63,790 bases of DNA from Gammaproteobacteria bacterium (lineage in GTDB: Bacteria > Pseudomonadota > Gammaproteobacteria > Steroidobacterales > JABDMI01): NCBI GenBank assembly GCA_013001575.1, contig JABDMI010000127.1:1-63790 (forward strand), given 5' to 3'. Positions 9,270 through 17,378 of this stretch are shown here, one piece after another. How positions within the stretch are numbered: position 1 is the stretch's first letter; each line of letters begins with the position of its first letter. The position numbers and the translations under genes are program-made. The notes beneath the pieces were generated by a model. It had not been told where the DNA came from, searched no databases, and was given only the letters and a program-made list of their open reading frames with translations.

Positions 9270-10565
9270 TTAAGCGGCTTTGGAAATCGCCCGGAGCTTG
9301 CTGAAGGTGTTTTTCAAGTCCTGTTTCAGGTCTTCGATGTCCTCCAGACCAACGGATAGACGAATCAAGTCTTGTGTTACGCCGGTAGATTCCTGTTGCT
9401 CTTCCGTCAGTTGTTGATGCGTGGTACTCGCCGGATGAATGATCAGCGATTTTGAGTCTCCGATATTCGCCAGCAAAGAGAAAAGTTTGGATTCGTCAGC
9501 AATAGTTTTTGCCGCTTCGTAACCACCGGCAACGCCAAAGGTCACAATTCCGCTTTGACCTTTAGATAGGTATTTGTCAGATAATGATTTGTATTTGCTA
9601 GTCTTGAGTCCAGGATAGTTCACCCATAACACCTCGTCTTGAGCTTGTAACCATTCGGCCAGCGCTAGCGCATTTTCACAATGCTTTTTCACACGCAAAC
9701 TTAGGGTTTCGAGTCCTTGAATGATCTGGAAAGCATTGAATGGGCTAATTGCACCACCCAGATCGCGTAAGCCTTCGATACGAACTTTGGCAATAAACGC
9801 CGCTTCGGCCAACGCTTCGGCATACACCAGTCCGTGATAACCCGGCGATGGCTGAGTAAATTCTGGGAATTTTCCGTTAGCGTAATCGAATGTTCCAGCA
9901 TCAATAATCGCGCCACCCAGTGAAGTGCCATTGCCATTGATGTATTTTGTGAGGGAATGAATCACAATATTCGCGCCGTGTTTGATGGGATTCAACAAAG
10001 CAGGAGTTGCTACAGTGTTATCGACGATAAATGGGACTTGTACGTCTTTGGCAACGGAACTGATGGCATCCAGATCGAGAACGTCGAGTTTTGGATTACC
10101 GAGTGATTCGACAAAGATCGCACGAGTGTTGTCTTGAACCGCCTTGGAGAAATTTTCTACATCATCAGGATCAACGAATGTCGTGGTTATCCCGAAACGC
10201 GGTAAGGTCACGTTGAGTAGATTATAGGTACCACCATATAAGCTGTTGGAGGCTACGATATGGTCACCCGATTTTAGTAAAGTCAGCAAGGTTGTTGAAA
10301 TTGCCGCTGTACCAGAAGCCGTCGCCACCGCCGCAATTCCGCCCTCCACCGCTGCCAGGCGCTGTTCCAGGATGTCTACGGTCGGGTTATTGATGCGGGT
10401 ATAGATATAACCCGGCTCGGCAAGTGAGAACAGATCCGCCGCGTGTTGGGCATTGTTAAACACATAAGCCGTGCTTTGGAAAATAGGCACTGCACGGGTT
10501 CCAGCCGTTTGACCAACGTCGTGTCCGGCATGTAAAGCTTGTGTATCGAAATTATGAGTTGTCAT
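9270..10565 (-). CDS. metY: O-acetylhomoserine sulfhydrylase (aminocarboxypropyltransferase), PLP-dependent
   Basis: TQALHAGH..TRAVPIFQSTAYVF, YTRINNPT and SLTKYINGNG (PLP lysine) motifs. Start set at MTTHNF (ATG 10565). Confidence 0.85.
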   Translation of the reverse strand: MTTHNFDTQALHAGHDVGQTAGTRAVPIFQSTAYVFNNAQHAADLFSLAEPGYIYTRINNPTVDILEQRLAAVEGGIAAVATASGTAAISTTLLTLLKSGDHIVASNSLYGGTYNLLNVTLPRFGITTTFVDPDDVENFSKAVQDNTRAIFVESLGNPKLDVLDLDAISSVAKDVQVPFIVDNTVATPALLNPIKHGANIVIHSLTKYINGNGTSLGGAIIDAGTFDYANGKFPEFTQPSPGYHGLVYAEALAEAAFIAKVRIEGLRDLGGAISPFNAFQIIQGLETLSLRVKKHCENALALAEWLQAQDEVLWVNYPGLKTSKYKSLSDKYLSKGQSGIVTFGVAGGYEAAKTIADESKLFSLLANIGDSKSLIIHPASTTHQQLTEEQQESTGVTQDLIRLSVGLEDIEDLKQDLKNTFSKLRAISKAA

Positions 10566-10610
10566 TTGGGTTTCCCTTTGTAACTGTTTGATATTAATGT
10601 TAAAAATGGC

Positions 10611-10643
10611 AAAAAAAATCCCCGGCACTGTATGTATCGGGGA
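10611..10643 (-). terminator. Leader terminator 45 nt upstream of metY start (attenuator element)
   Basis: Minus strand reads GAUCCCCG-13 nt loop-CGGGGAUU followed by a U8 run. The 5' arm can alternatively pair with CGGGGA at 10678-10683. Confidence 0.5.
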
Positions 10644-10668
10644 TCGAATTGATTAGCGTTAATCAGAC

Positions 10669-10728
10669 TTAATCAGCTCCCCGGCGTGCTGGCATACACG
10701 CACAACGACATGGCATACACATCGGCAT
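10669..10728 (-). CDS. Candidate Met/Cys-rich leader peptide (MPMCMPCRCACMPARRGAD)
   Basis: Hand translation: ATG CCG ATG TGT ATG CCA TGT CGT TGT GCG TGT ATG CCA GCA CGC CGG GGA GCT GAT TAA. The last sense codons overlap the antiterminator arm. No strong SD seen. Confidence 0.4.
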   Translation of the reverse strand: MPMCMPCRCACMPARRGAD

Positions 10729-10768
10729 ATGGGGTTTGATGAATTTGGACAATTTGTTCATTGGTGGC

Positions 10769-10812
10769 ATATTAAGAATATTTCATTTAGACGTCTAAAC
10801 GTCTGGACGGCT
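10769..10812 (-). promoter_or_regulatory. Predicted metY promoter with three tandem MetJ-type met boxes
   Basis: Plus strand has AGACGTCT (10789-10796), AAACGTCT (10797-10804) and GGACGGCT (10805-10812). On the minus strand there is -35 TTAGAC (10793-10798), an 18-nt spacer and -10 TAATAT (10769-10774). Confidence 0.5.
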
Positions 10813-11299
10813 TTGACTATACAGAGATGGGCGGGAGATTGCAAGGGACAATTTAAGAAAATCTGAAAACCAAGAATGCAAACCACCTGGAACTCAAACA
10901 TTTCCAAATTTAACTGATGCAAAAAGATCGGATTGATACCCACGCTTTTGGTTACGATGGGGTGATAAATCTGAAGAGTCTGGGTTTAGCTCAAATAGAT
11001 CTAATGTTTCTTACGACGAAGAATTCTTAATTGAAAATACATCGAGTAAATCCGTAACAAAGAATTCCCAAGTAGAAATACCTTTAGAAACAGTAGCTCC
11101 AAAAAAGATCGTATTATTGAAATACAAATTATTCATTAGTTTACTCAAATAATGCTGATATCTTTTCAGTGTGTAAAAAACAATTTGAAGCAGTTACTAA
11201 TGAAGAGACAAATGAGAATACAAGCCCACTCGCGAAGCTGATGTCTATTTAACTCGCCAAGCATCGGATTAAGGCACTTAATGCCTGTTCACTCGACAA

Positions 11300-11851
11300 T
11301 CATTCATTGCACCAGGAATGTTCCTTGCTTTTACGACAGTATTCATCCGCATCATATTTAAACCACAGATCAAGGGCCTTTTTAGCATCAATACTCTTAT
11401 CATCAAGATCAAAATCGTCAATAAACAACATGAAGTCTCCCGAAATACCACAGGCGTGTTGTATAAATTGCCAATCAGCAAGACCCGTTCTTTCAAACGT
11501 ACGCCCGTTTTGTTCAGCAAATAACTCCATTTTAGAAATATAGGATTCCGCAAGACAGGTTGCAGCTGAATCCGCAAGGCCAGTGGCCCAGGGAATAGGC
11601 GTCTCACTCTCGTAAACTTCGTTCTCGCATACGCGTGCGAATATCGTTGCAGGCACGTTAGTACAAGAGTCCGGAGCACTAAGGACCTTGTTCCACGCAT
11701 CTTCTTTTGCCTGCTGCATCTGAAATTGTGCTTCTCTTAAAATTTCAAAATCGGACTTTTGATTTGCCTTTTCAATCATGATAAATGTAAAGATTCCCAT
11801 TGCGGCAACCAATACACTCATAATAATTGTGATAATTTTTTTCTTAGACAT
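11300..11851 (-). CDS. Hypothetical membrane-anchored, Cys-containing protein
   Basis: 183 aa with an N-terminal TM anchor (IITIIMSVLVAAMGIFTFIMI). No motif I recognise. A hairpin lies downstream at about 11268-11288. Confidence 0.55.
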   Translation of the reverse strand: MSKKKIITIIMSVLVAAMGIFTFIMIEKANQKSDFEILREAQFQMQQAKEDAWNKVLSAPDSCTNVPATIFARVCENEVYESETPIPWATGLADSAATCLAESYISKMELFAEQNGRTFERTGLADWQFIQHACGISGDFMLFIDDFDLDDKSIDAKKALDLWFKYDADEYCRKSKEHSWCNE

Positions 11852-11934
11852 GATTCCCCCTGGAAAATATGCACGCAGAATTTAATCATATCCAATATTG
11901 ACTGGGAATGTGCAATCTATGCAAAAAAAGAAAA

Positions 11935-12021
<87 letters not shown>

Positions 12022-12102
12022 AAGGGTCTCGGTTCAGGACGAATGCCTGAAAGGGATGCGCATAGTAGTCCTGAATGCCAGATTTGTCAAAGAGTTAGCC
12101 CT

Positions 12103-12129
12103 AAAGAAAAGCCGGAGACTGTCTCCGGC
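12103..12129 (-). terminator. Intrinsic terminator downstream of amtB
   Basis: Near-perfect palindrome gccggagac-t-gtctccggc followed on the minus strand by UUUUCUUU. Confidence 0.7.
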
Positions 12130-12157
12130 TGATCAAATATCCAGTTTTTGACTGAAA

Positions 12158-13453
12158 TCAGGTCTCGTAACCGCGCTCACCGTGTAGCGCCAGATCCAGG
12201 CCTTCGATCTCTTGTTCTTCACTAACCCGAAGTCCCATGATCTTGTCGATGACTTTTAACAAAATGAAAGAAACTGCAGCCGTGTATAAGATGGTTGCAC
12301 ACACGCCGGTGGCTTGCACCAAAAACTGTGACCCAGCTGCCATACCTTCGTTATAGCCTTGACCACTTAATAATCCGATTGAATCGGAAGCGAAAAAAGC
12401 AACGGCCAATGTTCCTAATATACCTCCCACGCCATGCACCGGGAACACATCCAGCGAATCATCGATCTTCAGGGTATTTTTAATAAACTGGGTCGCGTAA
12501 TAACAAACCACACCCGCAGACAAGCCGATCAACAATGCCCCTCCAGGTCCGACGAATCCCGAGGCCGGTGTGATGGTGCCAAGCCCTGCTACCATGCCGG
12601 TAACGATCCCCAGAACCGATGGCTTGCCATAACGGATCCACTCGACCGTCATCCAGGCTAATGAACCGGCAGCGGCTGAAATGTGCGTGACTAAAACGGC
12701 CATCGCGGCATCGCCATTGGCCGCAAGCGCTGAGCCCCCGTTAAAGCCGAACCAACCGACCCAAAGCATACCCGCACCGGCCACCGTTAACGGCAGACTG
12801 TGCGGAGGCATTGGGGTTTTTCCGTAACCGTTACGATTACCGATCACAATGGCGCAGACCAGAGCCGCGACACCCGCGGTTATATGCACAACAATACCAC
12901 CGGCAAAATCCAGCACACCATTTTCGCCCAACCAGCCACCGCCCCACACCCAGTGACATACTGGTGCATAAACCAAGACCAGCCACAGCATGGAAAACAG
13001 GAACATGGAAGAAAATTTGGCCCGCTCTGCAAACGCACCCACGATTAGTGCGGGTGTGATGATGGCAAAAGTCATTTGAAACATGGCAAACAGGGTTTCG
13101 GGCAAGTCTCCACTTAGTGTGTCTTCACCAATGCCTGCAAAAAACGCTTTGGAAAGATCACCCACAAACCAGTTGCCTTGTGAAAATGCGAGGGAATAAC
13201 CGGCCACATACCACACGATTGAAGCACCACAACAGATCGCAAAACACTGCATTAAAACCGAGAGTACATTCTTGCTGCGCACCAGGCCTGAATAAAACAA
13301 TGACAAGCCAGGAACGGTCATGAACAGAACCAGAGCCGTTGCGGTGAGGATCCAGGATGTATTGGCCGGGTTTAATTCATCCGCAAACAGCGACATGCCA
13401 GACACAGCGATGATGAAAAAAATAATTGTTTGCAATAAGCGGCTGTGGCTCAT
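12158..13453 (-). CDS. amtB: Ammonium transporter AmtB
   Basis: Motifs FAMFQMTFAIITPALI, DFAGGIVVHITAG and VHGVGGILG. Start set at MSHSRLL (ATG 13453), which has GGGAG 7 nt upstream. Confidence 0.9.
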   Translation of the reverse strand: MSHSRLLQTIIFFIIAVSGMSLFADELNPANTSWILTATALVLFMTVPGLSLFYSGLVRSKNVLSVLMQCFAICCGASIVWYVAGYSLAFSQGNWFVGDLSKAFFAGIGEDTLSGDLPETLFAMFQMTFAIITPALIVGAFAERAKFSSMFLFSMLWLVLVYAPVCHWVWGGGWLGENGVLDFAGGIVVHITAGVAALVCAIVIGNRNGYGKTPMPPHSLPLTVAGAGMLWVGWFGFNGGSALAANGDAAMAVLVTHISAAAGSLAWMTVEWIRYGKPSVLGIVTGMVAGLGTITPASGFVGPGGALLIGLSAGVVCYYATQFIKNTLKIDDSLDVFPVHGVGGILGTLAVAFFASDSIGLLSGQGYNEGMAAGSQFLVQATGVCATILYTAAVSFILLKVIDKIMGLRVSEEQEIEGLDLALHGERGYET

Positions 13454-13604
13454 ATGAGATCTCCCAGTGATTGACGATACTGTTTTATGCACTATTTAAG
13501 TGCGAATTATTTGAATTATGTGCATCTATGGTGCGTAATTTTTGGAATATTCCCATGAATTCAGTGATGCCGAATGTAACAAGGAAAATCCCTGCACTAT
13601 GCGA

Positions 13605-13620
13605 TGCAAAAAGGATGCCA
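13605..13620 (-). promoter_or_regulatory. Candidate sigma-54 promoter for amtB
   Basis: Minus strand reads TGGCAT-CCTTT-TTGCA with canonical -24 GG / -12 GC spacing, about 150 nt upstream of the amtB ATG. Confidence 0.5.
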
Positions 13621-13648
13621 ATATGCAGTAAAGATATAAAAATCGACC

Positions 13649-14101
13649 TTAATGATCACCAAGCTCAACCTGGGCTTTTGCTTCTTTGGGCAAATTAATG
13701 AATTTCTCGATAATGAAATAACCCAACAGCATACTTCCAGTGAACAACCAGGGCTCATAATGACCGAAGGCCAAACCAGCCAATGCCGGACCTGGACAGA
13801 ATCCAGTCATTCCCCAACCGGCGCCAAACAGTGCGGCACCTATCAGCAGCTGTTTATCCACCATGGTTTTGGTGGGTAAGTAGAACTGGCCCTCGAACAA
13901 AGGGGCTTTGCGCTTCCAGGACAAGCGATAACCAATAAAAGTTGTGACCACCGCCCCACCCAGCACGAAAACCAGACTGGCATCCCATTGACCTAGTAAG
14001 TTTAAAAAGTTCATGACCTTATCCGGATTGGCCATCCCCGACACACTCAGTCCGACACCGAACAAGGCGCCTGCGAATAATGCACTGGATCGTATTTTCA
14101 T
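13649..14101 (-). CDS. YeeE/YedE-type sulfur transport membrane protein (half-size)
   Basis: 150 aa with 4 TM segments. Has GAALFGAGWGMTGFCPGPA, a motif typical of the YeeE/YedE-related family. Confidence 0.7.
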   Translation of the reverse strand: MKIRSSALFAGALFGVGLSVSGMANPDKVMNFLNLLGQWDASLVFVLGGAVVTTFIGYRLSWKRKAPLFEGQFYLPTKTMVDKQLLIGAALFGAGWGMTGFCPGPALAGLAFGHYEPWLFTGSMLLGYFIIEKFINLPKEAKAQVELGDH

Positions 14102-14129
14102 AATATTTAAACCTGAATTAGATTGAGTT

Positions 14130-14555
14130 CTACAGAAAGAATTGACTGGTCACAATGGCCGCGATGACCCCGACCAGTAGATACACCGCGGTGGCCAGAA
14201 TCGAGCGATTGGAGACTCGCGAGATTCCGCAGATACCATGGCCACTGGTACAGCCAGATCCGAGGGCCGTGCCAATACCCACCAGCAAGCCTCCTATGAC
14301 GATCAAGCCCTTTGGAAATCCTTCCCGGTAGTCAAAATACATGGGCGTGAAGTGGTAAAACACCAAACTTCCAAAAACAATCCCGATAATGAACATGATC
14401 CGCCAAAAGCGACCCGGTTTATTGAACAAAGCCGTCTTGATAATACCGCTGATACCTGCGATACGGCCGTGAAAGAACATCAACCAGATAGTTGATATGC
14501 CGAGTAACATCCCGCCGATCAGGGAAAGCCAGGGAGTAAATTCTGTTGGATTCAT
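14130..14555 (-). CDS. YeeE/YedE family membrane protein (half-size)
   Basis: 141 aa. Motifs GRIAGISGI and LGSGCTSGHGICGISR (conserved Cys motif). Confidence 0.75.
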   Translation of the reverse strand: MNPTEFTPWLSLIGGMLLGISTIWLMFFHGRIAGISGIIKTALFNKPGRFWRIMFIIGIVFGSLVFYHFTPMYFDYREGFPKGLIVIGGLLVGIGTALGSGCTSGHGICGISRVSNRSILATAVYLLVGVIAAIVTSQFFL

Positions 14556-14665
14556 TCTATTTTCCGTTGTGTTATAAAAACTGAAACCATTAAAACTGTC
14601 TCAGCGTTAAATGTAAGTAATTTAAAGCGTGCCCTAAAGTGTTTCCTTAAGCGTACTCATTGACA

Positions 14666-15439
14666 TTACAGCAATTGCCATGCCGATTGAGCGAGTATGA
14701 AGATGCCCATGACAATTAAAAATATTGCAAAGCCTTTTTTTAATTTGGCTTGGGGCAATTTGCCAGCGAGCGTACTGCCAACAAAACTACCAAGCACACC
14801 CAGTACGGAAACCAGACCAAGCACGTGCCAGTCCAGCGCCAGATCCAGTTCATTCAGTACGTCGATATATTTTATAAAACCGATAAACGATTTCAGTGCC
14901 ACGATCATCAAACTGGTGGCTACGGCCCTGTGCATGTTCAAGCCACCCAGCAAGACCAGTGCCGGAACGATCAGAAACCCTCCCCCGACGCCGACCAGTC
15001 CGGTGATCACACCAACGACCAGGCCATCAATCACGATCTTGTACCGGGCACGCGCCTGATGTGGTGTTCGATCATCAAGTTTCAAGGGTCGCAACATTAA
15101 ACCGGAGGCCAGTAACATGATCACCGCAAATAACATCAGTTGCACCAGCCCTGACATAAATACCGATAACCACGCACCAAGGTAAGTTCCAAGCATACCC
15201 GGTATCCCGAACATCCAGACCATGCGCCAGTCGATACGCTTTTGTTTGACATAAGGCAAACTGCCGATCAGGGCAATAATTCCGACAATGGCGAGAGATC
15301 CGGCAATAGCAATTTTTTCGTCCTGACCAAACAGGTAGATCAGCGCCGGCACAGTGATGATAGAACCACCGGAGCCAAAAATGCCAAGACTTAGGCCAAT
15401 GGCGATGGCACTCAACCACGCAAACACGGAAAAACTCAC
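14666..15439 (-). CDS. TauE/SafE family sulfite/anion exporter
   Basis: 257 aa polytopic protein. The GSGGSIITVPALIY and VGGGFLIVPALV duplicated motifs are characteristic of DUF81/TauE. Confidence 0.8.
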   Translation of the reverse strand: MSFSVFAWLSAIAIGLSLGIFGSGGSIITVPALIYLFGQDEKIAIAGSLAIVGIIALIGSLPYVKQKRIDWRMVWMFGIPGMLGTYLGAWLSVFMSGLVQLMLFAVIMLLASGLMLRPLKLDDRTPHQARARYKIVIDGLVVGVITGLVGVGGGFLIVPALVLLGGLNMHRAVATSLMIVALKSFIGFIKYIDVLNELDLALDWHVLGLVSVLGVLGSFVGSTLAGKLPQAKLKKGFAIFLIVMGIFILAQSAWQLL

Positions 15440-15469
15440 GAAACCAATCTCGCTGTAGAAACGATTTGC

Positions 15470-16342
15470 TTAAAGTGCATTCAGCGGGATCTTCAAATAG
15501 CGAATACCGTTTGAATCCGGCTCGGGCAATTCGCCGGCCCGTATGTTGACCTGGATCGACGGCATAATAAGTTTGGGCATATTCAGGGTCTTGTCACGTG
15601 CCGTGCGCATAGTCACAAACTGTTCTTCAGACACACTGTCATTGATATGCACATTTTGGCTACGTTGTTCGGCTACTGTGGTTTCCCAGGCGAACTCGTC
15701 ACGTCCAGGCGCTTTGTAGTCGTGACACATAAACAAACGCGTGTTTTCAGGCAACGCGAATATTTTGTGAATAGACCGATACAAAGTCGCTGCATCACCA
15801 CCCGGGAAATCGCAGCGTGCCGTACCGTAATCCGGCATAAACATGGTATCTCCAACAAATGCAGCATCATCGATCAGATAGGTGATACATGCCGGTGTGT
15901 GTCCAGGCGTATGCAAAACTGTAATAGTCAAGTTGCCAAGCTGGAAACTTTGACCGTCTTTAAACAGCACATCAAAATAAGCACTACGATTTTTGAATTC
16001 TTCAGCATCCAGATTGAATACTCTGGTGAAAACCTCTTGAACGATCTTGATGTGTTCGCCTATTCCTATTTGTCCACCCAGTGTTTTCTTGATATACGGG
16101 GCCGCTGATAAATGATCGGCGTGAGCGTGAGTCTCCAATATCCACTGCAAAGACAAGTCATGCGAACGGATAAAGCTTATGACCTCGTCGGCACTGGCTG
16201 TTTGGGTCCGCCCGGAGGCTGCATCGTAGTCCAGTACGGAGTCGATAACCGCACATTGCTTAGTATCAGCATCCCAGAGAACATGCGTAACGGTATATGT
16301 GGTCTCATCGAAAAAACTTCTAATTTTCGGTGCTTTAGACAT
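15470..16342 (-). CDS. MBL-fold hydrolase, persulfide dioxygenase-like (Blh/ETHE1-type)
   Basis: THAHADH metal motif, HTPGHTPAC and a FMCHDY tail. About 290 aa, like Blh-type persulfide dioxygenases. First gene of the sulfur operon. Confidence 0.75.
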   Translation of the reverse strand: MSKAPKIRSFFDETTYTVTHVLWDADTKQCAVIDSVLDYDAASGRTQTASADEVISFIRSHDLSLQWILETHAHADHLSAAPYIKKTLGGQIGIGEHIKIVQEVFTRVFNLDAEEFKNRSAYFDVLFKDGQSFQLGNLTITVLHTPGHTPACITYLIDDAAFVGDTMFMPDYGTARCDFPGGDAATLYRSIHKIFALPENTRLFMCHDYKAPGRDEFAWETTVAEQRSQNVHINDSVSEEQFVTMRTARDKTLNMPKLIMPSIQVNIRAGELPEPDSNGIRYLKIPLNAL

Positions 16343-16525
16343 TATCTTACATCCTGATTGTGAAATCGAATTCAGTCCGGGTATTTTACATTAGTTTTTC
16401 CTAATATAATGATTAGATCCAGATTTTTCAAGTCCTGCGAATACTGAAAACACCCAATTGAAAATTTTACCCTGTAGCTGCTATATACTCACAACAAATA
16501 TGAATTTTGTACTCGGGGGTACTTG

Positions 16526-17119
16526 ATGAAAATATTAATCCAAAATACTGGCCTGCTTATTCTACTGCTAAGTCTTAGTGCGTGTGGCCAATCTTCTCAA
16601 TCACAAAAAACCCAAGATCACGAGCCGGTAATCAACGCCAAAGCCACTCTGGATAAAGCGCAAAGTGACATTGATGATGCCGTAGGTACAAAGCTTGAGC
16701 AAATGGCAAAAGTCGATCTTCTCGACATTTACGAGAACGCCGAAGCATACCTGGCCATGAATACGAAAAAACCCGGCGTCAAGGTAACGTCCAGTGGCTT
16801 ACAGTATCGAATCCTAAAACAAGGCAGTGGGGCAAAACCCACGGCTGAAAGTTTTGTAAAAGTAAATTACCGCGGCACTTTCCCGGACGGTAGAGAATTC
16901 GACAGTTCGTATAAACGCGGTGAACCTTCAGAATTTAAAGTCGGGGGTGTCATCAAAGGCTGGTCTGAAGCGTTATTACTGATGCAAGAAGGTACAAAAC
17001 TGGAATTGGTGGTGCCGCCGGACTTGGCCTATGGCGAAGAAGGTGCTGGAACGGTAATACCGCCTGACCAAGTTCTTAAATTTCAGATCGAATTACTGGA
17101 TGCCGACGTTCAACGATGA
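16526..17119 (+). CDS. FKBP-type peptidyl-prolyl cis-trans isomerase, lipoprotein
   Basis: Lipobox LSLSAC. C-terminal FKBP domain (VNYRGTFPDGREFDSSY...GVIKGWSEALLLMQEG). ATG 16526 preferred over TTG 16523. Confidence 0.85.
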   Translation: MKILIQNTGLLILLLSLSACGQSSQSQKTQDHEPVINAKATLDKAQSDIDDAVGTKLEQMAKVDLLDIYENAEAYLAMNTKKPGVKVTSSGLQYRILKQGSGAKPTAESFVKVNYRGTFPDGREFDSSYKRGEPSEFKVGGVIKGWSEALLLMQEGTKLELVVPPDLAYGEEGAGTVIPPDQVLKFQIELLDADVQR

Positions 17120-17378
17120 TTCTGAAGTCTGTATGCATGCTTGAGCGAAAAATTCGCATGTTAACGGCCTGAATGCATAAAAAATGGCGCGTCTGTAATA
17201 CGCATCTGGTCAATACAGAGCAGGTTATTAATAATATAACCATATAAATCAACAATATAGCAAGAATTACTCATGCAATATCTTCTTTTATATGATAAAA
17301 AGAAAGTATAACTAGAACTTATAACGCACCAATCATTCTTAAAAAGCGTTACAAACGGGGGCTGTACACCGCATTACT

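Noticed and set aside
10758-10943. 61-aa minus-strand ORF upstream of metY control region
   Set aside because: It has no SD and an implausible composition. It overlaps the met boxes and promoter, so it is treated as non-coding.
13488-13535. NtrC enhancer sites for amtB
   Set aside because: The GCAC-containing palindromes only partly match TGCACC-N5-GGTGCA. They also lie downstream of the sigma-54 promoter, so they are mentioned only as an oddity.
14697-15419. Track ORFs inside and opposite tauE (14697-15059, 14750-15100, 15075-15419)
   Set aside because: These are shadows of the strongly supported TauE coding frame, on the opposite strand or in another frame. The same applies to similar ORFs overlapping amtB, typA, ppsA, the RND genes, msbA and comEC.
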